From the NCBI GenBank assembly GCA_012800005.1, contig JAAZKC010000006.1, positions 7,436 to 71,435 on the forward strand: a stretch of 64,000 bases of DNA, in the 5' to 3' direction. The notes under the pieces are model-generated. The model saw only the letters and a program-made list of their open reading frames with translations. It did not search any database and was not told the origin of the DNA. The position numbers and the translations under genes are program-made. This DNA comes from Acholeplasmataceae bacterium. GTDB taxonomy: Bacteria; Bacillota_I; Bacilli_A; Acholeplasmatales; UBA5453. Below, piece by piece: positions 48,151-57,869 of the stretch (positions are counted from its first letter, which is position 1; each line of letters opens with the position of its first letter).

Positions 48151-48167
48151 TATTCCTCCAAATTAAA

Positions 48168-48186
48168 AGGTAGCATTTCGCTACCT
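48168..48186 (-). terminator. Hairpin between the nrdJ stop and the hflX RBS
   Basis: The minus strand reads AGGUAGC-GAAAU-GCUACCU followed by UUUAAUUU, and the hflX GGAGG RBS comes immediately after. Confidence 0.5.
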
Positions 48187-48195
48187 CTTATTATA

Positions 48196-50727
48196 CTATA
48201 AACCGCATTTAAGTTGTGCATTACAATTTGTACAAGTGTGACAACCACCCACATCTTGAACAATTCCTTCTCTACAAATTGGACAAAGATTTCCAATTTC
48301 AATTCCAATTTCACGGTCTTGTCTATCACTTCTAAGTGGTGTAGGGGAATTATCTTGATGGGTTGGAGTTTGGAGTTCTTGAACTTCAACTCCAAGATCA
48401 ACAATGTCAACTTGAATAGGAACATCCTTTTTATCTTCTTTTTTAAGAGTTAAGACTTGAGAGTCTCTTGAACCATCAACATAAACAGTTCCACCTTTAG
48501 CGCCACCTTTATAAAGACGCATATATAAGTGTTCTACATCTTCAACAGTATAACCTCTAGGAGCATTTACTGTCTTACTAATAGAAGAATCAACCCAGTT
48601 TTGAATAATACATTGAACATCTGCGTGTTCTTCAGGTGTTAATTCCATCGCACTAACAAAAATATCAGGTAATGTTTCTTTTGTGTATTGTGGATTTAAC
48701 TCTAAATAATCTTCAACTATTTGAGCATTAACTTCCATAAATTTACCTAATCTACCACTACGATAATATGTAAATGCGAAGTAAGGTTCTAATCCTGTAG
48801 AGACACCAATCATCGTTCCAGTAGAACCAGTAGGAGCGATTGTAAGTAAGTGAGAATTTCTAATACGATATTTTAAAATGCCATCTCTAACTTTACGCTC
48901 TAATTTTTGTACATAGGGGCCATTAACAAACGCTTCTCTAGAACCGTGTGAATCTAAGAAAGGAAACGATCCTTTTTCTTTAGCGATATTAACACTTGCC
49001 ATATAAGCTTCATTAGCGATAAAACGGAATAATTGGTTCACTAAGAGATTTCCCTTTTTACTACCATAGCGTAAATTCGCGTGAATTAATAAATCATGAA
49101 GTCCCATAACTCCCATTCCAACACGTCTTTCACCGAGGGCTTGTTCTTTGTTTTTATCTAAGAAATAATATGTTTGGTCAATAACATTATCTTGCATTCT
49201 AACCGCAATGTGGATAGTGCGTTTTAATTTATCCCATAACACTTGATGAGTTTTTTTATCAATCATTTCTGATAAGTTAAGTGCCGCTAAATTACAAACA
49301 CTATAAGGAGCTAGAGGTTGTTCTCCACAAGGGTTTGTACAAACAACTTTTTGGCCATAAGATTTAGCGTTTGTATAATAGTTAGCGTTATCTAAAAAGA
49401 AGATACCCGGCTCAGCACTATAAGTTGCACAAATATTAATTAAGTTCCATAATTCTCTTGCAGGTAGAGTATGATAAATGTGTGATTTAAATCCTAATTT
49501 TTCCCATTCTCTTACATCACCAACATCTTTCCAATGTTCGTCATAATAAGCTTTTTCTTCTTTAGTGTAATTATCTAAATCCGGAAATTTTAAGTCATAA
49601 TCTAAATTATGTTCAACCGCATACATAAACTCTTTAGTTAACGCAACACTAATATTAGCTCCAGTCATAAAATCAGGGTTACTAACTTCATAACGTCCAC
49701 CTTCATTTAATAAAAGATGTGCTTTTTCAACAATTGCGCTATTAAATAACCTACTATCTTTTTCACTAGCTTCGATAATTCCATGATACATTTCAGCTTC
49801 ATCGTTTGTTAAAGGGATAAATTTAAGTTTATCTTCAGCTGTTCTTCTAATTAAATCATTTTTAGTCGTTTCAATTAAAAATCTTAAAATTCTTGGATTT
49901 TGCATCTTAGAAATAATAAATTCAATAATATCTGGATGCCAGTCTGCAAGCATAATCATTTGGGCCCCTCTTCTTGAACCACCTTGTTCAACTAAGTGAG
50001 TTAATTCAGCTAAGTCATGTAACCAAGAAACAGAACCACTAGATTTGCCATTAACACCTTTTGCAAGAGCGTTTTTAGGTCTTAAAGTAGAACCATTTGT
50101 TCCTACTCCACCACCACGAGCCATAATTTCCATAACTTCTTTTCTATGTTGAGCTAGACCTTCTCTTGAATCATCAATAAAAGGCATTACATAACAGTTA
50201 AAATAAGTCACTTTTGCGTTTGAACCCGCACCATATAAAACTCTCCCCGCAGGAACTAAGTTAAGGTTAGAAAGTTCATAAATAAACGCATCAACTATTT
50301 CTTTAGATTCGCCTTGGCCTAAATTTGTTCCCACTCTTTTAGCGATTTGTTCATAGTAAAGTTCAAGCGGTTTTTCAATCTCTCTACGCGCTCTTTTGAT
50401 TATACCATTTTCATGGTCATCACCAAGTTGACCAATAAACTCTTCTTCAATTTGAATAGATAAAAACTCATCATCAATTAACTCTATTACATAACCAACA
50501 CCACGCGCTGGAAATTTAGGGTCGTGTTTTACAACTGTTACAACTAAATCTCCAACCGCTAAAGTTTTTAATTCCATATCTTTTTGAGTATATCTATCAA
50601 GCATAACTAGCCTTGAAACTCCTGATAGGCTTAACTTCATATCAGGAGTTATTGGAAATAAATGCTTAAAGTGTAAGTTTATATCTTTATTAATTTTTTC
50701 TTTTAATTTTTTTTCATAGGTTACCAT
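48196..50727 (-). CDS. nrdJ: Adenosylcobalamin-dependent (class II) ribonucleotide reductase with a C-terminal zinc-finger tail
   Basis: 843 aa. Active-site 'CTNPCGEQPL' and 'SNLC-like' regions, plus the C-terminal 'CPICREG....GGCHTCTNC'. Confidence 0.85.
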   Translation of the reverse strand: MVTYEKKLKEKINKDINLHFKHLFPITPDMKLSLSGVSRLVMLDRYTQKDMELKTLAVGDLVVTVVKHDPKFPARGVGYVIELIDDEFLSIQIEEEFIGQLGDDHENGIIKRARREIEKPLELYYEQIAKRVGTNLGQGESKEIVDAFIYELSNLNLVPAGRVLYGAGSNAKVTYFNCYVMPFIDDSREGLAQHRKEVMEIMARGGGVGTNGSTLRPKNALAKGVNGKSSGSVSWLHDLAELTHLVEQGGSRRGAQMIMLADWHPDIIEFIISKMQNPRILRFLIETTKNDLIRRTAEDKLKFIPLTNDEAEMYHGIIEASEKDSRLFNSAIVEKAHLLLNEGGRYEVSNPDFMTGANISVALTKEFMYAVEHNLDYDLKFPDLDNYTKEEKAYYDEHWKDVGDVREWEKLGFKSHIYHTLPARELWNLINICATYSAEPGIFFLDNANYYTNAKSYGQKVVCTNPCGEQPLAPYSVCNLAALNLSEMIDKKTHQVLWDKLKRTIHIAVRMQDNVIDQTYYFLDKNKEQALGERRVGMGVMGLHDLLIHANLRYGSKKGNLLVNQLFRFIANEAYMASVNIAKEKGSFPFLDSHGSREAFVNGPYVQKLERKVRDGILKYRIRNSHLLTIAPTGSTGTMIGVSTGLEPYFAFTYYRSGRLGKFMEVNAQIVEDYLELNPQYTKETLPDIFVSAMELTPEEHADVQCIIQNWVDSSISKTVNAPRGYTVEDVEHLYMRLYKGGAKGGTVYVDGSRDSQVLTLKKEDKKDVPIQVDIVDLGVEVQELQTPTHQDNSPTPLRSDRQDREIGIEIGNLCPICREGIVQDVGGCHTCTNCNAQLKCGL

Positions 50728-51114
50728 AAAATCAAACCGCCTTTATCTTTGTAGTAGATATTATATAGTTATTAGGTCCTAAAAACAAGTAAAAAAACAA
50801 AGAAAAAAAGCCGCTTTCAACAACGTTAAATGGTTTATAGCGTGTCTGTGAGATTTTAAAGTTTTTAAGAAAAATTCAAAAAATATTTGAAAAAATTTTA
50901 CAAAAAAATGGAGTGTTTTTGTTTGTTTTTTCTTTTTAAAAAGAAACTTAAATTAATGGATTTCGCTTAATAATAAGAAAAGCTTTTTTTAAGACAAGAT
51001 TTTACTTTTTAATTTTTTTTAAATTAAAGGTATTAATAATTGAGAAAAAGGCGTTAAAAAGCGATAACCATACTACGAAAAAAAATATGAAAAAATACTC
51101 ATAATCTTTAGTTA

Positions 51115-51128
51115 TTATGATATAATAA
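51115..51128 (+). promoter_or_regulatory. Extended -10 promoter TTATGATATAATAA (cdaA)
   Basis: The third copy of the identical 14-mer, 10-19 nt upstream of the candidate cdaA starts. Confidence 0.5.
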
Positions 51129-51137
51129 AAAAAGGAA

Positions 51138-51884
51138 GTGATAACCTTGCAAGATATTTTGAGAATAATTTTAGATGCGTATACTTTGTGGATAATTCTT
51201 TATTTTTTATTATCCTTCTTTTTAACATCTAAGAGAGTATTTAAAGTATTCATTATCGCAGTCTTTATTTATTTGCTTGCGTTATTAGCGAAGAAGTTAA
51301 ACTTAGAAGTGAGCAATCAAATACTTTCTTATGTAACTACGTGGTTACCGTTTTTTATTGTGGTAATTTTAAGCCCTGATATTAGAAGAGGTTTAGAGAC
51401 AGCTTGGGTTGCGGATTCTAAACAAGATGGTGCTTCATTTGGCTCTCAAGAAACGAAAACGCACATTGTTGAAGCGGCGATGTATTTAAGTAGCCAAAAT
51501 ATTGGTGCTTTAATTACGATTGAGAAATATAACTCTCTTGATCAATACGCTGAAAGGGCGATTATTATGAACGCACTTGTTAGTAAAGAGTTATTAATTA
51601 ATATTTTTATTCCTAATACACCTCTTCATGATGGTGCCGTTATTATTAGAGGTGATGAAATTAGATGTGCTGGAGCTTATTACACTTTAAGCGAAACAGT
51701 TAAACAAGATAAAACAATGGGTTCTCGTCATAGGGCAGCCCTAGGAATTAGTGAAATCACAGACTCACTTACTATCGTTGTTTCAGAAGAAACAGGAAAT
51801 ATTTCTATTGTGATTGAAGGAATTATGATTAGAGCTAATGATAGAGAAAAGATTTATGAATACATCAACATGTATATTAAGTAG
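51138..51884 (+). CDS. cdaA: Diadenylate cyclase CdaA (3 TM + DAC domain)
   Basis: Three N-terminal TM helices, with DAC motifs 'LHDGAVII' (DGA) and 'GSRHRAALG' (RHR). The start is uncertain: the in-frame TTG at 51147 has better spacing to the AAGGAAG RBS. Confidence 0.88.
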   Translation: MITLQDILRIILDAYTLWIILYFLLSFFLTSKRVFKVFIIAVFIYLLALLAKKLNLEVSNQILSYVTTWLPFFIVVILSPDIRRGLETAWVADSKQDGASFGSQETKTHIVEAAMYLSSQNIGALITIEKYNSLDQYAERAIIMNALVSKELLINIFIPNTPLHDGAVIIRGDEIRCAGAYYTLSETVKQDKTMGSRHRAALGISEITDSLTIVVSEETGNISIVIEGIMIRANDREKIYEYINMYIK

Positions 51885-51892
51885 GTGATGAT

Positions 51893-52090
51893 ATGAATAA
51901 ATTTCAAAAAGTAATTATGAAAATAGGAAGTATACTTTTAAATCCAATTAAACTTATTTCTGGTTTAAATATTCCAGAAAAGTTTTTAGGTTTTGTTAAT
52001 AAACATGTTTGGTTTAAAGTATTATTTTCTCTTGTGGTGACAGTCATAGTTATTTTAGTATGGTATTTAACTAAAGAAAACGGAAATTAA
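51893..52090 (+). CDS. Small membrane protein (1 TM), hypothetical
   Basis: GGTGATG RBS-like sequence, 65 aa, one hydrophobic helix. Sits between cdaA and the PAS/GGDEF-like gene. Confidence 0.45.
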   Translation: MNKFQKVIMKIGSILLNPIKLISGLNIPEKFLGFVNKHVWFKVLFSLVVTVIVILVWYLTKENGN

Positions 52091-52103
52091 TTAGGAGAAG
52101 ATT

Positions 52104-53678
52104 ATGTCATTACTACCGTTATTTCCTTTTATAATTAGCTGTTTATTAATCTTATTAGTCTTTTTATATGGCTTAATTGAAGATAAATTTAACCCAATCA
52201 CCTTTAGCATTGCTTTAATTAATGCTTTAGGTTTTTTAGTTTATATATTTTTATTTAATAAGTTTGAAAAAGAAAAATGGTTTATATATACTTATTATGC
52301 TCACGCGGCTTTAACATTGTTAATTTTATTATTAGCGATATATTTATTTTTTAGAAAACTTTTATTCTTTAAACGTCATTATCAAATCTTTTTAACTTCG
52401 ATGAAAGAAACAAGGTGGAATTGTTATTACGTTTTAGATCATAAAGAACGTATTAAAGAGATGAGCGAAGGAATGATAGAAGAGTTAGGAATGACAAAAG
52501 AAGAAATTATCGGCAAACCACTTTTTGAAATTCTTAATAAAACAATTAGAGTTAATAGTTTTGATGAAATTGAAACATCCAACCAAAACTTAGAAAGGTT
52601 TTATGAAGATTATAAAAAAACAGTCAAACCAAATCAATTTGATACCCACACAATGCATTTTCAAAATTATCAAGGAAAAAGTGTTTTAGTTCAACTTGTT
52701 GAACAACCGCTCTTTATTTTAGGAAGATATAGAGGAAGAATAAATGTTGGTGAGAAAAAAACGGATTTTGATTTAATTGGTATTGAAAGAGAGCTCACAA
52801 ACACAAAAAGAGAATTAGAATCTTTAAGAATGAAATATGTTGCGACATTAGAATTATCAAATGAAGCATTATATTATATTGATTTAGATGAGAAATATAT
52901 TTGGTTTTCAGAGCCTGCGATGAAAATATTAAATATGTATAATAATACAATGTTAATAGAAGATTTCTATAAATATATTTACAAAGATGATCTTAATTCT
53001 TATTTAGGAACACTTTCTAGCTTAACTGTTAGAAAACAAACATATAAAACTAAATATCGTTTCTTAAAAGATGGTAGTTATGTTTGGGTAGATGATAAAG
53101 GAAAACGAATTTTTGAAGATAAAAACTCTAATATTATTTCAGGTTCATTTAAACTTTATGAAAATAATGGTTATGAAAGATTAGGTGTTGACGTTTTAGA
53201 TAATATCAAAGGAGAAAATGAAATATTTAGTCATCTAAATAATTTATTAAACAACCAAAGAACGTTTCAATTAGCGTTATTTGAACTATCAAATATTCCC
53301 ACTATTAATAAAGAATATGGTCGTGAAATAGGAAATATGTTAATTTTAGAATATGTTAAGAAATTAAAGATGTCCTTTATTAGTGAATCTAGTGATATTT
53401 TTAGAGTTTCAGGACTAATTTTTGCGGTAACGATTGTAGATCCAAGAAAAATGGAACTTTTAAGGTCAGGCATTCTCCAAGACTCTGAATTTTTAAATTT
53501 ACCAATGAATTATGGCGCGATAAGTACGAAAGTAGAAGTTTCATTAGGAATTTCTTCATCGTATAAAGACTCTAAAGATGCGCATAAGTTATATGAAATG
53601 GCTCATAAAGCTTTAAGTGTTGCGAAACATGAAAGTTTTAAATTAAATGTTTGTTATTACAGTGATTTAAATGGATAA
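52104..53678 (+). CDS. Membrane protein with two PAS-like regions and a degenerate GGDEF domain
   Basis: AGGAGAAG RBS and ~3-4 N-terminal TM segments. PAS-like blocks ('NCYYVLDHKERIKEMSEG', 'ALYYIDLDEKYIWFSEPA...YRFLKDGSYVWVDDKG'). The GGDEF-like C-terminus 'FELSNIPTINKEYGREIGNMLI...FRVSGLIFAV' has SGLIF (53409-53423) in place of GGDEF. Confidence 0.65.
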   Translation: MSLLPLFPFIISCLLILLVFLYGLIEDKFNPITFSIALINALGFLVYIFLFNKFEKEKWFIYTYYAHAALTLLILLLAIYLFFRKLLFFKRHYQIFLTSMKETRWNCYYVLDHKERIKEMSEGMIEELGMTKEEIIGKPLFEILNKTIRVNSFDEIETSNQNLERFYEDYKKTVKPNQFDTHTMHFQNYQGKSVLVQLVEQPLFILGRYRGRINVGEKKTDFDLIGIERELTNTKRELESLRMKYVATLELSNEALYYIDLDEKYIWFSEPAMKILNMYNNTMLIEDFYKYIYKDDLNSYLGTLSSLTVRKQTYKTKYRFLKDGSYVWVDDKGKRIFEDKNSNIISGSFKLYENNGYERLGVDVLDNIKGENEIFSHLNNLLNNQRTFQLALFELSNIPTINKEYGREIGNMLILEYVKKLKMSFISESSDIFRVSGLIFAVTIVDPRKMELLRSGILQDSEFLNLPMNYGAISTKVEVSLGISSSYKDSKDAHKLYEMAHKALSVAKHESFKLNVCYYSDLNG

Positions 53679-54183
53679 AAAGACATTAAGAAAAAAAGCT
53701 TATAAATATTATGAGCAAATGAGTGATGATATTTATTTAAATAGAAATAAAGAGATTTTAGAATATATTGTTAATGATGAAAGGTTTCTTAATTCAAAAA
53801 AAGTAGCTTTATATTATCCAATAAAAAAAGAAATTAATTTACTTAGTTTAATGGTTCTTTTTCCCAATAAAGAGTATTTTTTCCCAAGAATGGAGGGAAA
53901 CACTTTATCATTTAGAAAAGTTACGGATATTTTAGAGTTAGAAGATGCTAAATTTAATTTAAAAGAACCTAAAAAGACTTCTAAAATAGAAGAAAACATT
54001 GATATTTATTATGTTCCCTGTTTATTAACTAGTGGAGAATTTAGAATTGGTTATGGGAAAGGATTTTATGATAATTATTTTAAAAATCATCAAGGATTTA
54101 AAGTAGGAATAGTTCATAAAAAGTTAAAAAATGTACATGCTAAAATAGATGAACATGATATTCCAATGGATTATATTATTTGA
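53671..54183 (+). CDS. 5-formyltetrahydrofolate cyclo-ligase
   Basis: ~170 aa with 'VALYYPIKKEIN' and 'GYGKGFYD' motifs. Overlaps the upstream stop by 8 nt. Confidence 0.8.
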   Translation: MDKKTLRKKAYKYYEQMSDDIYLNRNKEILEYIVNDERFLNSKKVALYYPIKKEINLLSLMVLFPNKEYFFPRMEGNTLSFRKVTDILELEDAKFNLKEPKKTSKIEENIDIYYVPCLLTSGEFRIGYGKGFYDNYFKNHQGFKVGIVHKKLKNVHAKIDEHDIPMDYII

Positions 54184-54194
54184 GGGGTTAAGTT

Positions 54195-55274
54195 ATGTAT
54201 GATGCGATTATATTAGCTGCTGGAGTAGGAAAAAGAAGTGGTTTAGAAGAAAATAAAATCTTGTATATGCTTGAAGGTAAACCATTATTTATGCATAGTG
54301 TTGATGCCTTTTTAAAAGAAGGGGTTAATGTAATTTTAGTTATTAATCCACAAGATGAAGAAGAAATTTTAAAGTATTATAAAGGCACTTATACTTATGG
54401 TGGTAAAAATAGAAGTGATTCTGTATATAATGGTCTAAAAGAATCAAAAGCTAAATATGTTTTTATTCATGATGCCGCAAGACCTTTTATTAAAGATGAT
54501 GTGATTATAAAAATAAAAGAAAAGTTAAGTGAGTATGATGCGGTAATGTGTTATCAAAGAGTAGTAGATACAGTTTATGAAGATTTTAAGGTTTTAAACC
54601 GCGATAAACTAATGATTGCATTAACTCCTCAAGCATTCTTAAAAGAAAAATACATGCTATGTTTTAAAAAAGAAGCGAGCAAGTTTACTGACGATATTAG
54701 TTTATATAAAAGTGTTTATGATGACGAGGTTGGTTTGGTGGAAACGGAAAATAAAAAAATAACAACTAAAGAAGACATTAAAGCATTAACTCCTAAATTT
54801 AAAATAGGCTATAGTTATGATATTCATAAAACTGATAAAAATAGACCTCTAATTTTAGGCGGTATTAAAATAGAAAATGATTTTGGCCTACTAGGACATA
54901 GTGATGCGGATGTATTACTTCATGCCATCAGTGAATCATTAATTGGCGCTTTAGGATTAGGTGATTTAGGAACACATTTTCCTGATACGGACTTACGATA
55001 TAAAGACTTAGATTCTAAAAAAATTTTAATGTTTGTAAAAGATTTACTTAATAAAGAAGGATATGTAATAGAAAATATTGATGCAAGTATTTTCGCAGAA
55101 AAACCTAAACTTGCTAGATATATTCCTAAAATGAGAGAAGTTATTGCGGATGTTTTAAAGATAAATAAGGCGCAAGTAAATATAAAAGCGGGAACAAATG
55201 AAGGTGAAGATAGTGTAGGAAAAGGGCGTTCAGTAGCCGCTTCATGTGTTTCTTTAATAAGGAGAGTAAAATGA
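54195..55274 (+). CDS. ispDF: Bifunctional IspD/IspF (MEP cytidylyltransferase / MECDP synthase)
   Basis: N-terminal 'ILAAGVGKRSG' and 'IHDAARPF'. The C-terminal IspF carries 'YDIHK' and 'GHSDADVLLHA'. Confidence 0.85.
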   Translation: MYDAIILAAGVGKRSGLEENKILYMLEGKPLFMHSVDAFLKEGVNVILVINPQDEEEILKYYKGTYTYGGKNRSDSVYNGLKESKAKYVFIHDAARPFIKDDVIIKIKEKLSEYDAVMCYQRVVDTVYEDFKVLNRDKLMIALTPQAFLKEKYMLCFKKEASKFTDDISLYKSVYDDEVGLVETENKKITTKEDIKALTPKFKIGYSYDIHKTDKNRPLILGGIKIENDFGLLGHSDADVLLHAISESLIGALGLGDLGTHFPDTDLRYKDLDSKKILMFVKDLLNKEGYVIENIDASIFAEKPKLARYIPKMREVIADVLKINKAQVNIKAGTNEGEDSVGKGRSVAASCVSLIRRVK

Positions 55275-55537
55275 TTATTGAAACAATTTTCGGACAATTT
55301 GAACTTTTAAATAATAATAAAGAAGCTTTTGATATTTTAAAGTTTCAAGAACGTTACGTTAAAGAGGTTTATGATAAATATGATTATATTGTTGGCGATA
55401 TCAGTAGTGATATGTTACGTTTAAAAGGGTTTTATAGTGATACTAAAAAAGAACAAAACTATAAAGAAATTCCAATATATTTAAATGAATCATGTAATTA
55501 TTATTGTGGGTATTTTATTTTAAGAAGGATTAAATAA
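55271..55537 (+). CDS. yutD: YutD-like protein (DUF1027)
   Basis: ATG at 55271 behind AAGGAGAG. 'DKYDYIVGDISSDMLRLKGFY' resembles B. subtilis YutD. Confidence 0.65.
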   Translation: MIIETIFGQFELLNNNKEAFDILKFQERYVKEVYDKYDYIVGDISSDMLRLKGFYSDTKKEQNYKEIPIYLNESCNYYCGYFILRRIK

Positions 55538-55548
55538 AGGAGCGAAAT

Positions 55549-55776
55549 ATGACAGAACAAGAAAAATTAGTTCACGAACTGATAGATAGAATAAGACCTT
55601 ACTTACACCGTGATGGTGGTGATATTGAAATTGTAAAAATTGAAGAAGGTATTGTTTATGTAAAAATGTTAGGCGCTTGTGTAGGCTGTCCTTTAATTGA
55701 TGTAACATTAAAAGATGGGATTGAAAAAATGTTACTAGAAAATGTTCCAGGTATTATTGCGGTTATAACAGTATAA
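55549..55776 (+). CDS. NifU-like (Nfu/YutI) Fe-S cluster protein
   Basis: 'IRPYLHRDGGDIEIV' and 'GACVGCP'. Confidence 0.85.
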   Translation: MTEQEKLVHELIDRIRPYLHRDGGDIEIVKIEEGIVYVKMLGACVGCPLIDVTLKDGIEKMLLENVPGIIAVITV

Positions 55777-55795
55777 TAGTATAGAGGGTGATTAT

Positions 55796-56134
55796 ATGAT
55801 TTTGAAAAATGAAATAATTGCTGCGGAAGTTACTGGTTTTGCCCCTTATGGGGTTTTTGTTAAGGCTGGGGATTACGTAGGATTAATTCATATTTCAGAA
55901 ATCAGCAACACCTATATTAAAGATATCTATGAATTTGCGAGTGTTGGAGATATTGTTAATGTGATGGTTTTAGATGTTGATTTAGAACATAAACAGTTAA
56001 AATTATCTTATAAAAAATGTCTAACAAACAGAAAAATAAAAGTTAAACCGTTAGAAATTGGCTTTAAAGCGATTAGTGATAAGCTAGATAACCAAATTAA
56101 AAAAGCGCTTAAAGAAATGGAGGATAAGACATGA
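55796..56134 (+). CDS. S1 RNA-binding domain protein (YugI/GSP13-like)
   Basis: '[24 protein letters not shown]' is an S1 motif. Confidence 0.8.
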   Translation: MILKNEIIAAEVTGFAPYGVFVKAGDYVGLIHISEISNTYIKDIYEFASVGDIVNVMVLDVDLEHKQLKLSYKKCLTNRKIKVKPLEIGFKAISDKLDNQIKKALKEMEDKT

Positions 56135-57426
56135 TTAAAGTTAATGATGAATTTACAAAACAGTTTATAAAAGAAGAGGATTTATCTAAAAAAATAGTAG
56201 AAATTCATAAAATGATTCATAATAAAACAGGAAAAGGTAATGATTTTTTAGGTTGGCTTTCGCAACCAAACATAAGTATTCAAGAGTTAGAACGTCTTAA
56301 GGCGGCTTCAAGAAAAATAAGAAAAGAATCAACAGTTTTAGTAGTTATTGGAATTGGTGGTTCTTATTTAGGAGCGAAAGCGGGGATAGAACTTCTAACA
56401 GATCCTTATAAAAAAGATTTTGAAGTTATTTTTGCAGGATATCATATGAGTGATAAAATGACCTCATCGTTACTTTCATATTTAGAAGATAAAGATTTTA
56501 GTATTAATGTTATTTCTAAATCCGGCACTACGACAGAACCAGCGATTGCGTTTAGATTATTTATGAATTTATTAGTTAAAAAATACGGAAAAAAAGCCGA
56601 TGAAAGAATTTATATTACCACAGATCCAAAAGATGGCGCTCTAAGAGGGATTGCGATTAGTAAGAACTATCCAAGATTTACTATTCCAAAAGATATTGGC
56701 GGAAGATTTAGTGTTTTAACTGCGGTAGGGTTACTACCAATGGCTGTGGCAGGAATTGATATTGATGAAATATTAAATGGTGCTAAAAAAGCTTATAAAG
56801 ATTTATTAAATGAACACAATAGTGCTTATGATTATGCTGCACTTAGATATAAACTTTATAAAGCTGGCAAAGATATTGAAATTTTAGTTTCATATGATCC
56901 AAGATTTGAATACCTAAAGAAGTGGTGGATTCAACTTTTTGGTGAGTCGGAAGGAAAAGATGGAAAAGGGTTATATGTTTCAAATGCGACATTTTCAACT
57001 GACCTACATTCATTAGGTCAAATGATTCAAGATGGAAAAAGAAACCTATTTGAAACAGTTATAAAAGTTAAAGAAGAAGAAAAAGATACCATTATTCCTT
57101 ATAGTGAAAATAATTTAGATGGTCTTAATTATTTAGAAGGAAAAGCTTTATCAGAAATTAATAATAAAGCATTTTTAGGGACTTTAATTGCTCACAATGA
57201 AGGTAATGTGCCCAATATAATTATTGAAATTGAAAAAGTTGATGCCTATAACTTTGGTTATTTAGTTTACTTTTTCTTTAAGGCTGTGGCAATGAGTGCT
57301 TATTTATTAGATGTAAATCCTTTTAATCAACCAGGTGTTGAAGAGTATAAAAGAAATATGTTTGCTTTATTAGGTAAAAAAGGCTATGAAGATTTAGCTA
57401 ATGAATTAAAAAAGAAATTAAAATGA
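56131..57426 (+). CDS. pgi: Glucose-6-phosphate isomerase
   Basis: 'GIGGSYLG', '[10 protein letters not shown]', 'GGRFSVL' and 'GESEGK'. Confidence 0.95.
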   Translation: MIKVNDEFTKQFIKEEDLSKKIVEIHKMIHNKTGKGNDFLGWLSQPNISIQELERLKAASRKIRKESTVLVVIGIGGSYLGAKAGIELLTDPYKKDFEVIFAGYHMSDKMTSSLLSYLEDKDFSINVISKSGTTTEPAIAFRLFMNLLVKKYGKKADERIYITTDPKDGALRGIAISKNYPRFTIPKDIGGRFSVLTAVGLLPMAVAGIDIDEILNGAKKAYKDLLNEHNSAYDYAALRYKLYKAGKDIEILVSYDPRFEYLKKWWIQLFGESEGKDGKGLYVSNATFSTDLHSLGQMIQDGKRNLFETVIKVKEEEKDTIIPYSENNLDGLNYLEGKALSEINNKAFLGTLIAHNEGNVPNIIIEIEKVDAYNFGYLVYFFFKAVAMSAYLLDVNPFNQPGVEEYKRNMFALLGKKGYEDLANELKKKLK

Positions 57427-57869
57427 AAGAAAAAATAACTAAAAATAGTGAAGAGACAATATATTTAGGAAGAAAGTTAGGATACTTATTAAAAGATGGA
57501 GATGTGGTTTTATTAGATGGAACTCTTGCATCCGGAAAAACAACTTTTACTAAAGGTATCGGTTTATCTCTTGGGATAGAAAGGACTATCAGTAGTCCTA
57601 CTTTTACTATTTTAAAACATTATGAAATGGATGATGTAAGTCTATATCATCTTGATTTATATCGTCTAGATGGTGAAAACCACGACTTTGATTTAGAAGA
57701 TTATATTTCAGGTGATGGTATTACTGTAATTGAGTGGCCTTTTAATGTTAGGAGTATTTTACCTAAAAAATATTTATTAGTTCAATTTGAAATCATTAAT
57801 GATAATGAAAGAAAAATTAAGTTTATTCCTTATGGAGAACATTATGAGAGGGTTTTATTTTATTTATGA
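57423..57869 (+). CDS. tsaE: t6A biosynthesis ATPase TsaE
   Basis: '[14 protein letters not shown]' and 'SPTFTI..Y', in tsaE-tsaB-rimI-tsaD order. Confidence 0.9.
   Translation: MKEKITKNSEETIYLGRKLGYLLKDGDVVLLDGTLASGKTTFTKGIGLSLGIERTISSPTFTILKHYEMDDVSLYHLDLYRLDGENHDFDLEDYISGDGITVIEWPFNVRSILPKKYLLVQFEIINDNERKIKFIPYGEHYERVLFYL

Noticed and set aside
48196-48330. Cys-rich C-terminal tail of NrdJ as a separate zinc-finger gene or novel domain
   Set aside because: A CxxC...CxxC zinc-finger tail is a known feature of many class II ribonucleotide reductases. Here it is in frame with the catalytic body.
48150-48453. ORFs 48150-48425 (-) and 48214-48453 (+) overlapping the nrdJ 3' end
   Set aside because: They overlap the conserved zinc-finger tail of NrdJ in other frames. 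They have no RBS and show no recognisable fold features.
50728-50800. NrdR box or cobalamin riboswitch upstream of nrdJ
   Set aside because: Only a weak resemblance (AACTATATAATATCTA, read on the minus strand) to the NrdR palindrome exists, and its right half does not match. The leader is about 35 nt, far too short for a B12 riboswitch.
54195-55274. IspD-IspF fusion as a novelty
   Set aside because: Bifunctional IspDF is a known arrangement in several bacterial lineages, and both halves carry their normal motifs.
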